Below, in pieces: positions 1 to 8,608 of a stretch of DNA of 63,168 nucleotides. Numbering within the stretch: position 1 is the first letter of the stretch; the number at the start of each line of letters is the position of its first letter. The translations under genes were made by a program, and so were the position numbers. Under the pieces are notes generated by a model, which did not search any database, was not told the origin of the DNA, and saw only the letters and a program-made list of their open reading frames with translations. This DNA comes from a virus (taxonomy: Duplodnaviria; Caudoviricetes): positions 1 through 63,168 of IMG/VR virus record IMGVR_UViG_3300042878_000174; one strand, written 5' to 3'.

Positions 1-506
1 GAACTAGAAAAATCACCAGCAGAGAACAATGTGCCAGTGGTTGAATCTTTAGTTGCGCTACCGCCAATGTTGATAAAGCAACCCGCTACAGTACCCGTGC
101 TGGTCATGGAGAATGACACGGCAGAAGATGTAGCCTTGCTAGAAGCGGCGGCAGAAGCAAATGAAGGCGTAGGACGGTTGCCAGAATATGCAGGAGCGTT
201 AGTGCCACCCACTTCTAACCAGCCTGCGTGGGATGCTTGTGTATCAGCAACGTTAGCAGAACCCACACCCTTCAAGCCCATCACAACTGCGCCAGCGGCT
301 GAGTTGCCAAGGATAGTGTCCAAGGTCAAGTTCTTACCAACAGTTGTTACCAAGTTTTGAATAGGTTCGTCCCACTTGATAAAGCCATCAATGCTGTAGC
401 AGATAGCATGGTATGTACCGTGGATAGCCATCTCGTCAGAAGGCATGGTGTTGTATTTTGTAATTGCTGCTACTTGATCGGTAGCGGTGATTTTGTCCAA
501 GCTCAT
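1..506 (-). CDS. Partial duplicate copy of the virion structural gene at 62508-63071
   Basis: ATG at 506 (MSLDKITATDQ) with AAGGAG RBS; runs off the window edge. Confidence 0.85.
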   Translation of the reverse strand, partial: MSLDKITATDQVAAITKYNTMPSDEMAIHGTYHAICYSIDGFIKWDEPIQNLVTTVGKNLTLDTILGNSAAGAVVMGLKGVGSANVADTQASHAGWLEVGGTNAPAYSGNRPTPSFASAAASSKATSSAVSFSMTSTGTVAGCFINIGGSATKDSTTGTLFSAGDFSS

Positions 507-603
507 GTGAGGCTCCTTAATTAGAAGAACGGATCAATGCTGCTGTCGCTGTGTTAGCAGGCATTGTGATGGTGAAATTGGTAGATGTTTTGTCAGACCC
601 AAA
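1..603. repeat. Terminal direct repeat, left copy (circular assembly overlap)
   Basis: Matches 62566-63168 with about 21 substitutions by manual comparison. Confidence 0.95.
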
Positions 604-930
604 GTCCAACACAGCAATGGATTTGTTACCCTGAGTAACGTTGTAGATCAAGGCACAACGAGCCGTAACAGATGCGTTAAACACCACATCGGCAAAGTCT
701 ACAAAAGCTGTATACCCAGAGGAGCTAATGGTTACGCCAGTCAAGGCCACGCCGCCTGCAACGTAGCCAGTTCCCGTAACCTCGCCTGTGGTCGTGTAAA
801 CAGTGGTTGCCTCGTTTAAATCAGCACTGGCCGTGTACAGGGCGATCTTCAGCGTATCCGTGGATAGGTTGTGGACGGCTGTATAAAGCTCTGTCTTAAA
901 GCTAGTCGTCTGGGTTTGGAGGATGCTCAT
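517..930 (-). CDS. Virion structural protein, tail-associated
   Basis: 137 aa, Thr/Ala-rich, LKIALY...GY.AGG..L pattern common in phage tail modules; within structural operon. Confidence 0.65.
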   Translation of the reverse strand: MSILQTQTTSFKTELYTAVHNLSTDTLKIALYTASADLNEATTVYTTTGEVTGTGYVAGGVALTGVTISSSGYTAFVDFADVVFNASVTARCALIYNVTQGNKSIAVLDFGSDKTSTNFTITMPANTATAALIRSSN

Positions 931-1778
931 GCTACAGGAACCCTAATCTGACCATCACGATAAGCGTCAGCACGTTGCTTGCCGTCACCCAAGTTCTTGA
1001 GAAGCGCAATAGCCTGAACGTACCGTTCTTGGTACACCTTGTACATGCCGTCTTCCGGTGCGCTCTTCATGTATGTTCCTGCCTCTGCCAGAGTGCCATA
1101 CAGCAATGCAGAGTCAAAGTTATCACCCAGCCATGTGGTCAGGGCGGTAACGATAGATTCTGGGTAATAGTAATAATGCAGTTCTGCGTAGTAATTGGCA
1201 TTAGGCGTAGGGCCAAGGATGAACGACAGTTCATTGACGTTAGCTGACTGCGGGCCAAAGATAGCGTAGTGCTTAGGCTCAGACTGATGTGCACTCAAAG
1301 GATATGCCTCGCGCACGAAGTTCACATCTTTGTTCAGGAGGTACAGGTAGTCGCCTTGGAAGATGACCGTAGTGGACACAGCCCCGCTGTTGGCTACAGT
1401 TAAAGTGATTGTTGTTCCGCTGATGCTGCGAACGATGGCGTTAGTGCCAATGTTTGTGCCTGTGACCTGCTGGCCGACCGCTATGCCAGTTGTACTGGCT
1501 ACCACGATAGTTTTAGCACCAGCCGTGCCGGTGGCCGTTGTGGAGTTGTACGGATATATAGCAAGGCTGTATACCGACAGGAAGTCTTCTGGACAGGCCA
1601 AGTACTTATTGCCGGTAGACAATACACCCGTGACATTCTTACGCAAGTTGGCAATCTGCACCGTGTTATAGATGCGTTGCTCCGCCTGCTTGATCATTGT
1701 ATTGATCGAGGTCGTGTCAAACGTGTTCTGCGTGTAGTCAACTACCGCAGCCACAAGTTGGGCGTATGTCAGTGCCAT
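927..1778 (-). CDS. Head-tail adaptor-like protein with beta-rich insertion
   Basis: YAQLVAAVVDY..IKQAEQRI N-terminus, P.HYA, GPTPN..Y..ELHYY, TWL....SALLYG.L.EA C-terminus. Confidence 0.6.
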   Translation of the reverse strand: MALTYAQLVAAVVDYTQNTFDTTSINTMIKQAEQRIYNTVQIANLRKNVTGVLSTGNKYLACPEDFLSVYSLAIYPYNSTTATGTAGAKTIVVASTTGIAVGQQVTGTNIGTNAIVRSISGTTITLTVANSGAVSTTVIFQGDYLYLLNKDVNFVREAYPLSAHQSEPKHYAIFGPQSANVNELSFILGPTPNANYYAELHYYYYPESIVTALTTWLGDNFDSALLYGTLAEAGTYMKSAPEDGMYKVYQERYVQAIALLKNLGDGKQRADAYRDGQIRVPVA

Positions 1779-1788
1779 CGTTTAAACC

Positions 1789-2052
1789 TTAAGCCATTGG
1801 GCCACGGGACATAAAGCCTTTGGTCGCTGCACCTGCACCGCGCATCTTGATGCCAGTTGTTTTAGCTGCTGGTGCAGGGCGACGATACACGTTACCTACA
1901 GCCATATTGACTGTTCCGGCATCGCTGTGGTCATCACCACTGCCGGGGTTCTCAGAAGCTTTAACGACTTTACCAGTCATTGTGTGTGGCGTAGCGTAGA
2001 CCTTGGCATCGCCAACTTCTTTACCCATCATTTTTTTGCTAAATGTAGCCAT
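1789..2052 (-). CDS. Small basic virion-associated protein
   Basis: 87 aa ending KMRGAGAATKGFMSRGPMA; tightly packed in operon. Confidence 0.7.
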   Translation of the reverse strand: MATFSKKMMGKEVGDAKVYATPHTMTGKVVKASENPGSGDDHSDAGTVNMAVGNVYRRPAPAAKTTGIKMRGAGAATKGFMSRGPMA

Positions 2053-2054
2053 GA

Positions 2055-2243
2055 TTAGCCTCGTTTCTGTGCGGCAATCTTTGCCAAGTTACGACCCATA
2101 GACAGCATATCGGCATTGGTTTTACCCTTACCTTTACCCTTGCCGCCCATCATTTCCTTTTGGTTTGGGCCGCTATTGCCCAAGTTTTTGCCTTCGGTTT
2201 TGCCCTTTTTAGCAATGCCGTCTGCTGATCGTGTGTAAGCCAT
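2055..2243 (-). CDS. Small basic protein with ADGIAKKGKT motif
   Basis: 62 aa, AAGGAG RBS followed by TTTAAAC then ATG. Confidence 0.7.
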   Translation of the reverse strand: MAYTRSADGIAKKGKTEGKNLGNSGPNQKEMMGGKGKGKGKTNADMLSMGRNLAKIAAQKRG

Positions 2244-2254
2244 GTTTAAACTCC

Positions 2255-2638
2255 TTAAGATATTGTTACTGTACCAACAAATGTCGTTGCCACCAAGTAG
2301 TTTGGTGTCAATCCTGCATCATTTAAACTGGCTCCACCAACCGGCTGCCAGCCCCACTGTATGTCTCTTGAACCACCAGACAGGTTACCGCTAACGTTTA
2401 CACCAGAGGTGACATACGTTGTATCCCTACGCGGATTGCGTAGAGCTTGCGGATCATCCACTGGAAATGTTCCAAGCATTAACTGAGGTTGATCTGGATC
2501 CCAGCATTCTGGGCACACCAACAACTGATACTGACGCTGCTTAATGACTTCAGTCTTAAGCTTCTTTAACTGATACTGCTGGCCGCACCGATCACATTCA
2601 GCAATCGCTATCTTGCCGGATGCAAATCGGTTACCCAT
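2255..2638 (-). CDS. Zinc-finger protein of the structural module
   Basis: CDRC...CPEC Cys pairs followed by DPQALRNPR. Confidence 0.7.
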   Translation of the reverse strand: MGNRFASGKIAIAECDRCGQQYQLKKLKTEVIKQRQYQLLVCPECWDPDQPQLMLGTFPVDDPQALRNPRRDTTYVTSGVNVSGNLSGGSRDIQWGWQPVGGASLNDAGLTPNYLVATTFVGTVTIS

Positions 2639-3567
2639 TACATACTCCCACCAATAAACATCTGACGGGGCACAAAGCGGATGGCCGCTTTCTCTCTGTC
2701 TTCACCGGCTGCCAGATCAAACTGCTCGTTGTATGCAGCCTTAAGCATCTCAAGGCGGGGCATTAACTCAGGCACTTTCATGGCGATGTGATACGCCAGA
2801 CCAGCCACTACACATGGCAGGAAGCGGAAATTCATGTCTGCTGTCTCTGCACCAGCGCCAGCATCCTGAACCCGGCGCAATCTCCAGTACACAAACTGGT
2901 AAGACGTGCTGTTATCAGGCGTAGGCCAGACAGTAACCGCAGGAAGCTGAGGAACAAAGACTGCCGTGCCATCTGCCTGAGAGGCAGCCGTTGTATTGTT
3001 CTGACCACGGAATACACCACCAAGGGTATTCCCTGAGATGTAGCCATAGTAGATGTCTTCACTGTTTAAACGCAGAAAACCAGATCCTGCTAACCCAACC
3101 ACCGTGTTAAGCGTGAGCGTGGTGTCCGTGGAGGAGATGGCTCCAACCAAGACCGCATCTGTTGGGTTAACTTGTCCAGAAAGCCGCTGAACCCACACTT
3201 GAATGGGACGTGCTTGCTGTAGCTTGTTCGGTATGGTCGCATAAGTAGAAACACTAATACGTGTGATTGTTAGGTCAGCCTGCGTGGAAGAGGAGTTCTG
3301 GCCTGTACGGATAACCTGCTCTAACAGATCAATCGTATCTGTAGGCAGGGCGTAGGTAGCAAGACCCGGTGTCAGGTTAATAAACCCTTGCTCCATCGTC
3401 CACATGTTGATGCCACGGTTCTGCCACTCTATGGTCATGAGGTTCATTGATCTGCGTGCTGTACGCAAGTCATAACCTGAACGCATCTCCCGACCCGCAC
3501 GCTCCCATGCTTCCTCGGCAATCTCCGTGAAATCCATATTGAAAAGCGTTGATCCGGTAGTGGTCAT
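2638..3567 (-). CDS. Tail tubular A / head-tail adaptor-like protein
   Basis: IAEEAWERAG..ARRSMNL...EWQNRGIN.WT N-terminus; WPTPD and FLPC..AGLAY C-terminus. Confidence 0.6.
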   Translation of the reverse strand: MTTTGSTLFNMDFTEIAEEAWERAGREMRSGYDLRTARRSMNLMTIEWQNRGINMWTMEQGFINLTPGLATYALPTDTIDLLEQVIRTGQNSSSTQADLTITRISVSTYATIPNKLQQARPIQVWVQRLSGQVNPTDAVLVGAISSTDTTLTLNTVVGLAGSGFLRLNSEDIYYGYISGNTLGGVFRGQNNTTAASQADGTAVFVPQLPAVTVWPTPDNSTSYQFVYWRLRRVQDAGAGAETADMNFRFLPCVVAGLAYHIAMKVPELMPRLEMLKAAYNEQFDLAAGEDREKAAIRFVPRQMFIGGSM

Positions 3568-3797
3568 CTAAATCCTGCCGTTTTCTTTGCTATTGCTTTG
3601 GGTTGGGCTACAAACTGTTTGCCAGCGGCTTTACCAGCACGCTTGGCCTTGGTTGTAGCCGCATATTCTTGTGGTGACAATGATTTAATTGCTTTCTCTG
3701 GCAAATATCTCTCACCTGTTTTACTTGACGGCTTTCCGCTCTTGGTGCGCCATTTCTGGTCGCCCCATTCTTTGAGGGATTGCTGTGGTGCTTTCAA
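3564..3797 (-). CDS. Small basic conserved phage protein
   Basis: QQSLKEW..QKWRT..GERYLP pattern; overlaps neighbours by 4 nt. Confidence 0.7.
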   Translation of the reverse strand: MKAPQQSLKEWGDQKWRTKSGKPSSKTGERYLPEKAIKSLSPQEYAATTKAKRAGKAAGKQFVAQPKAIAKKTAGFR

Positions 3798-4087
3798 TCT
3801 CTATACCCCCCACCTGCCGCCTTGTATTTTTTAGCGACAAGCTGTGCTTTCCGTGCTGACCACTGACCTGCGCCAGTACCATGCGTTGCTGCGGCTTTTA
3901 CTTGGGACACAATCCTTTTGCGAAGACCGGGCTTTGTGTAATTACCAGCCGCATTCACTTTACCGCCTTCGGCGTATTGCGTGAAGTCAGTATCATCCCG
4001 ACGAGCTTTACGCTTGCCTTTGGGCATCTTACTGGGGGAGATGGCTCCCATTCCACGGCTGGCTAACATATCAGCACATCCCACCAT
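3794..4087 (-). CDS. Small basic conserved phage protein
   Basis: YAEGG, NYTKP.LR, GQWSARKAQ...YK..GGGY; true start may be the downstream Met (MLASRG). Confidence 0.7.
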   Translation of the reverse strand: MVGCADMLASRGMGAISPSKMPKGKRKARRDDTDFTQYAEGGKVNAAGNYTKPGLRKRIVSQVKAAATHGTGAGQWSARKAQLVAKKYKAAGGGYRD

Positions 4088-4553
4088 TTTTCATGGTGAT
4101 CATAGTGCCTTTAGTTTTGCCTTTTGTGGCGCAACCATCAGCACGGCTAGACGCAGAAGAAACTTTGCCGCCACGTTTAAATGTATCACCTGCGGGATTT
4201 GTATTTTCACCAGTGTTGCGTTTAGTCTTGACGCTTTGAGCACGTTTAGCAGCATCTAAATACGATTTAGTAGCTTCTTCGTCTTCTTTTTTATTGCCTG
4301 CCAAAGTGTGATACATACTCTTAGCACCAAACTTAGCAGACTCAATAATTCCGGGGCTACCGGGTTGTGTCCCTAACAAAGCGCCACCAACAAGAGCACC
4401 TGCGGGGGCCATTGCTGCGCCCGCAGCTTTGCGACCAAGCTTACCAAATGTTGTATCTGGCTCTGGCATTTCTTTGTTGTAGGCTTTGTCAGCCGCTGCC
4501 CGCATTTTGCGGTCGGCTTGTTCTTCACGAGCTTGTTTTTCTGCGGGACTCAT
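4071..4553 (-). CDS. Putative internal head protein with GG / ADGCATKGKT tag
   Basis: C-terminus FKRGGKVSSASSRADGCATKGKTKG; AAGGA RBS. Confidence 0.7.
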   Translation of the reverse strand: MSPAEKQAREEQADRKMRAAADKAYNKEMPEPDTTFGKLGRKAAGAAMAPAGALVGGALLGTQPGSPGIIESAKFGAKSMYHTLAGNKKEDEEATKSYLDAAKRAQSVKTKRNTGENTNPAGDTFKRGGKVSSASSRADGCATKGKTKGTMITMKNGGMC

Positions 4554-4562
4554 GATATTTCC

Positions 4563-5489
4563 TTAGCAAATTTTGCAACGTGTCTTGCCTTTAGTGGCAA
4601 TACCGTCAGCACGTCTAGACGCAGATGAAACCATTCCACCGGAGGCATATTGCTTTACTGCACCACCGCGCTTCTTGGCGGTGACATCGGTAACATCAGA
4701 ATCTTTGCGGGGGCCGCTAAGTTTTTTTGTATCCATACCAATTTTTTTGGTACTTAATGCTTTCTTGGCTGCTTTTGCCGCATCGTACATTTTCTTTGCT
4801 TTGTATGCACCAAGAGCACCCAAACCTGCTACACCCGTAGCCATTAAGGCATTGCCAACGTTGCGACCAGTTTCTGAAGAATCAATTTTTTCACCTTGGG
4901 GTGCTTTAGCAGATTGGCCGGGAATCTTAGCGGCGGCAGATTTCTCTTCATCACGAGGGCCACCGTGCGTAGCAATAGGAGGGCTTGTGCCAGCATCACT
5001 ACGCATACCACGTAATGGGCCTGCGTACTGGGGAGCTTGAGGCATACCAATACGATCTTGTTCGGGCTTTGGTTTAGACGCAACAGGCGGTCTAGCAGGT
5101 AACGTAGGCTTATTCATTACCTGACGTGTAGGCTTGACGGTTTCGCTAGAGCTACGACCAGCACTTGGGCCATAGTCTGAATACATGTCGTCAGACAGAG
5201 GACGTGAAGACGCAGCAGGCATAGAAGGGGCGGATGGCATAGGTTGATTAACCGATACCGATTCACCGCGATCACGGCCACGGCCAGCACCAAAGCGGTT
5301 GTATGCTTCCGAGCCGGGCTGGTCAATGTTACCTGCGCGGATGCGTTCAAAGAAGCCTACAGGAGCTTCTTTATTTGACATCTCTAGGCCACGTTTTTTA
5401 GCAGCGGCTTCCATGGGATCCATTTCACCCATAACTTCGCCGCCACCTTCGTAGCGTTTAAACTTCTTCATTGGTTTCTTGGTAGCCAT
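4563..5489 (-). CDS. Low-complexity putative internal head protein with GG / ADGIATKGKT tag
   Basis: Pro/Ala/Lys-rich; C-terminus YASGGMVSSASRRADGIATKGKTR; AAGGAG RBS. Confidence 0.75.
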   Translation of the reverse strand: MATKKPMKKFKRYEGGGEVMGEMDPMEAAAKKRGLEMSNKEAPVGFFERIRAGNIDQPGSEAYNRFGAGRGRDRGESVSVNQPMPSAPSMPAASSRPLSDDMYSDYGPSAGRSSSETVKPTRQVMNKPTLPARPPVASKPKPEQDRIGMPQAPQYAGPLRGMRSDAGTSPPIATHGGPRDEEKSAAAKIPGQSAKAPQGEKIDSSETGRNVGNALMATGVAGLGALGAYKAKKMYDAAKAAKKALSTKKIGMDTKKLSGPRKDSDVTDVTAKKRGGAVKQYASGGMVSSASRRADGIATKGKTRCKIC

Positions 5490-5499
5490 AATTTACTCC

Positions 5500-5964
5500 T
5501 TAGCAGGCTTTGCCGCCCATGTTCATCTTAACCATTGTTGCTTTGGTTTTGCCTTTTGTAGCAATCCCGTTAGCTGATTTGCGGAATGCGCCGCCAGCAG
5601 CCAACTTAGTCATAGGCTGACCTTTGTGCAAACGGCCTTCGTGTTTATTCACAGCCTTCTGCATCATCTTTTTGTCCATCTTGACATCTTCATGAGCCAT
5701 GCCGCCTTTTTTCATCTTGCCAACGCCATCAGCAGCAAAGTCAGGAACCATTTTCCCGCCCTTGTTGACCATGTTTAAACCGCCTGATGCGTATCCACCC
5801 ATGTTCATCTTTTTCATATCACCACCTTTAGAAAATTTACGGCCTTTGTCAGCCGCTGAAAAATCTTTCCCCACAGAGGTGGGAACGCCTGCTTTCTTAG
5901 CAAAAGATGGGTTATTAGCCACCGCTGCCATGAAATTATGTTGAGCTTTACTCTTACTTGGCAT
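5500..5964 (-). CDS. Basic putative internal head protein with seven xxxGG repeats
   Basis: MPSKSKAQHNFMAAVA N-terminus; FSKGG, MNMGG x2, YASGG, VNKGG, MKKGG, LAAGG; ANGIATKGKT. Confidence 0.75.
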   Translation of the reverse strand: MPSKSKAQHNFMAAVANNPSFAKKAGVPTSVGKDFSAADKGRKFSKGGDMKKMNMGGYASGGLNMVNKGGKMVPDFAADGVGKMKKGGMAHEDVKMDKKMMQKAVNKHEGRLHKGQPMTKLAAGGAFRKSANGIATKGKTKATMVKMNMGGKAC

Positions 5965-6212
5965 TATCGTCCCGCTTGAATAAGCTGGTCAATCTTTGCT
6001 TCAAGCTTGTTAAAGCGTTGGTCAATGTGGTTTGTAATGCGATCCACTTCTGCTTGAGTAACGTTATCACGGGCAACCTCCTCGCGTGTTTTGTTCAACA
6101 GAATACTGATACGAGCCAGCTCCCTGAACTTTTCATTCATCATGTAGCCTAGCAGTCCAATCACTAAGGACAGGACGGCAGACCAAGCGGTGTTTAGATC
6201 TAACAATTCCAA
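5964..6212 (-). CDS. Small membrane-anchored coiled-coil protein
   Basis: N-terminal hydrophobic helix (AWSAVLSLVIGLLGYMM) then LNKTREE..R coiled coil. Confidence 0.7.
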   Translation of the reverse strand: MELLDLNTAWSAVLSLVIGLLGYMMNEKFRELARISILLNKTREEVARDNVTQAEVDRITNHIDQRFNKLEAKIDQLIQAGR

Positions 6213-6445
6213 GCCCTCAATGCTTTATTGATCCGTGAGTTCGGGTCGTTTGCTGTCTTGGCGGAGGTTAGCTTCTTCTTCATGCCACTCATCCTTGCAC
6301 AGAAAGAGTCGCGCCGTGAGCCGCCTTCCGGCTGGGGAGGTTTCAAGTTCATACCTTGCGCTTTCGCGGAGGCCCGACCCTTGGCGTTCAAGCCGCCCTT
6401 CTCGGACTTGCCTTCTTTCCTCTGCCATGCTGGACTCTTAGCCAT
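6200..6445 (-). CDS. Small basic conserved phage protein
   Basis: MAKSPAWQRKEGK..GGLNAKGRAS...RRDSFCARM...SRINKALRAWNC; start reassigned to ATG at 6445. Confidence 0.75.
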   Translation of the reverse strand: MAKSPAWQRKEGKSEKGGLNAKGRASAKAQGMNLKPPQPEGGSRRDSFCARMSGMKKKLTSAKTANDPNSRINKALRAWNC

Positions 6446-6959
6446 AATAAATCTGCGCTGAATCAATAGCAGTCATCAGTGCATAAATACCTTGAGTAGC
6501 TAACACACCTTCGCCCGGAATAACGGGTGCATTACTAAAAGTATCAGTGCCGTCTATTTCGTAAGTCATCAGCCACCGACCACCGCCACTTACATACGAA
6601 GCCGCAGTAGAAGTAATTGTTCCGGTGTTAATGTCTGTTAGCGTAAATGTATCCGCGCCTGTGCGAGTGATAGTGTAATTTCCATCAGTTGCTGATTGAC
6701 TTGTATTGCTGTCAAAGTGAATACCAACAACAGCGCCTGTAGACAAGCCGTGAGCAGTCTTTGTCACCGTCACAGTTGTTCCAGAGCGGGCATAGGTAAC
6801 ACTAGCCGTTACAGGTACAGAAGCGGTATCAAACAACACTAGAGTGCCATCCGTGCCAGAACCAAAAAACGAAATGCCTTTAACGCGATTTCGTCCAAGA
6901 ACAAAAAAACCACTTTGGTTTAAATGCCCTTGCTTAACGTCTGTTTGCATCATAATCAA
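6438..6959 (-). CDS. Virion structural protein
   Basis: Thr-rich beta domain (T.T.T.TAHGL..G), ends YYG; AAAGGAG RBS. Confidence 0.7.
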   Translation of the reverse strand: MIMMQTDVKQGHLNQSGFFVLGRNRVKGISFFGSGTDGTLVLFDTASVPVTASVTYARSGTTVTVTKTAHGLSTGAVVGIHFDSNTSQSATDGNYTITRTGADTFTLTDINTGTITSTAASYVSGGGRWLMTYEIDGTDTFSNAPVIPGEGVLATQGIYALMTAIDSAQIYYG

Positions 6960-6967
6960 TCTCCTTT

Positions 6968-6990
6968 AAAAAAGGGGCCGAAGCCCCTTG
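6968..6990 (-). terminator. Rho-independent terminator
   Basis: Minus strand AAGGGGC-TTCG-GCCCC-TTTTTT just after the 6997-7530 stop. Confidence 0.8.
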
Positions 6991-6996
6991 GGTTGA

Positions 6997-7530
6997 TTAG
7001 GCAGTACGGGTGAACACGTAGGCCGTTGCGCTGGAGAACATGATAGTGAAACGGGCAAGGCCAGTTGCACCTGATGCAATTGTCAAGTCACCAAAGCTGC
7101 CTGCTGTATCAGCAGCAGCGCTAGACAAAATACCGTTGGTTGCAACAGCCATAGTGACTGTGCTTGCGCCAGCGGTGTTGTCAACGTACAACTCCAACAC
7201 AGTACCGCGAGTAGCGCCAATAGCCGCGCCAAGGGCTGTGCCTGTAGGCAATGTGATGGTTGTAGCGGCGGCTGACGTAGAAGTGATGTAGCCAGTTGCA
7301 ACTTCTGCTGCGGTGGCTGTAGCCGTTGCGTTGATAGCGGCTGTTGTTGGGTGGTTTTGATCTGTAAAAACCAGATTTGTGGCCGTTACAGTTGTAGCGG
7401 CCAAAGTAGTCACGCTAGTAGCTGTGCCAAACGTAGCGTCAACGGTGACTGCGCCAGTAGTGGCACTGATAGAAATGTCTTGAAAGCCATTTACGGAACG
7501 AACTGGGCCATTGAACGTGGTATTTGCCAT
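6997..7530 (-). CDS. Capsid decoration / minor structural protein
   Basis: MANTTFNGPVRS.NGF N-terminus; Ala/Thr-rich; directly downstream of major capsid gene. Confidence 0.7.
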   Translation of the reverse strand: MANTTFNGPVRSVNGFQDISISATTGAVTVDATFGTATSVTTLAATTVTATNLVFTDQNHPTTAAINATATATAAEVATGYITSTSAAATTITLPTGTALGAAIGATRGTVLELYVDNTAGASTVTMAVATNGILSSAAADTAGSFGDLTIASGATGLARFTIMFSSATAYVFTRTA

Positions 7531-7537
7531 GATGTGT

Positions 7538-7612
7538 CCTTACATACAAGTTAAGTGCATTGATCTGTATGTCGTCAGCCGGGACTGTTCAATGCACCGG
7601 ATAAGCCCGGAT
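7538..7612 (-). ncRNA. Structured pseudoknotted RNA element, probably the Mu-gpT-DE motif
   Basis: Crossing stems 7555-63/7589-97, 7543-48/7566-71 and 7579-83/7606-10; lies downstream of a Mu-gpT-like capsid gene; family name is by context and recall, not a search. Confidence 0.55.
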
Positions 7613-7619
7613 TACCATG

Positions 7620-7648
7620 TTTATACCACTGTGTTTAAACCAATGCAA
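7620..7648 (-). promoter_or_regulatory. Sigma70-like promoter with GTTTAAAC in the spacer
   Basis: TTGCAT-17 bp-TATAAA with extended TG on the minus strand. Confidence 0.6.
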
Positions 7649-7649
7649 C

Positions 7650-7673
7650 AAAAAAGGGGCCGAAGCCCCTTTC
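7650..7673 (-). terminator. Rho-independent terminator after major capsid gene
   Basis: Minus strand AAAGGGGC-TTCG-GCCCC-TTTTTT; core identical to the terminator at 6968. Confidence 0.85.
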
Positions 7674-7688
7674 TTTTTTTGATGCCTA

Positions 7689-8597
7689 TTAGGCTCCGGG
7701 TGAACCGAAGATGCCCAAAGGATCAGATACGCCGAAGCTGTAACGCTCACGGGCTTTGTAACGGACGTTGCCGGTATCAAAGTCACCGTCCATGCCGGTA
7801 GACATGGGAGTACGTACAAAGTGCTTCAAACCGTTAGGCACATCTGTACACAGGAACCAAGCATTGGTGTCTGTCAGGTAGTGGTTAACTGTATAACCTT
7901 CAGGGATTGAACCGTTATTCTTCAATGCGTTAATGTCATTGTCGGCTGTAGAAACACGGAGTTCGGTTTCAAGCAAACGTGTAGACACGAACATCAAAGC
8001 AGGAGGAACAATCAACTTTCTAGGTTTAGCAGCAATCAGCAAACCACGCTCGTCTGTCCAAGCAGCGATCTGAATAACGGCATTCTCAAGAGAAGTCTCA
8101 TTCAAGTCGGAAGGAGTAGCGGGAGTGTTGCTGTTAACGCCACCAGACACCAAGGGGTGAGCAGTGTTACACAGGGTAACGCCGTCGCCATATGTTGGGC
8201 CACCTGTGAAGGCGTTGTTCAACACAAAAGCGGCTTTAACCTGCTTGGTGTAAGCCATACCACGGGCCAAAGCCTTGGTATAACGTGAAGACAAGCTGTC
8301 ATACAAGTTATCTTCCACAGCTTCCTCTGTGATGGAGAAGCCCATCGCAATGGTTTCGTGGGTGTAACGTGCAGTGAATGCTTCCTGTGCATTGTCATAA
8401 GCGATGGCAGCGCCCTCGTTTTTGACTGGTGCAGCAGCAAAGCCTGACAGTTTTGTCTCTTCTTCAAAAGAACGCTCAGAAGTCTCTGTTTCGTAGATCT
8501 CTTTGTGCTCTTCGCCGTACTTAGTGTACTCAAGACCAAACAAAGCATTCAGACCGGGGAGCAACTCTTTAAGTAGTTGTGCGCGTGAAATAGCCAT
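7689..8597 (-). CDS. Major capsid protein, Mu gpT-like family
   Basis: MAISRAQLLKELLPGLNALFGLEY start, LIVPPAL, RYKARERYSFG..DP.G.FGSPGA end; strong RBS and terminator. Confidence 0.88.
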   Translation of the reverse strand: MAISRAQLLKELLPGLNALFGLEYTKYGEEHKEIYETETSERSFEEETKLSGFAAAPVKNEGAAIAYDNAQEAFTARYTHETIAMGFSITEEAVEDNLYDSLSSRYTKALARGMAYTKQVKAAFVLNNAFTGGPTYGDGVTLCNTAHPLVSGGVNSNTPATPSDLNETSLENAVIQIAAWTDERGLLIAAKPRKLIVPPALMFVSTRLLETELRVSTADNDINALKNNGSIPEGYTVNHYLTDTNAWFLCTDVPNGLKHFVRTPMSTGMDGDFDTGNVRYKARERYSFGVSDPLGIFGSPGA

Positions 8598-8608
8598 GAT
8601 TTAGCTCC

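Noticed and set aside
31-360. Antisense ORFs such as 31-360, 4573-5040, 45906-46505 and 62524-62925
   Set aside because: Shadow frames opposite well-supported genes; variants in the terminal repeat are synonymous for the minus-strand gene.
7572-7578. Hammerhead ribozyme (CUGACGA on the minus strand)
   Set aside because: The following stem is followed by UAAG rather than GAAA, so the catalytic core is incomplete.
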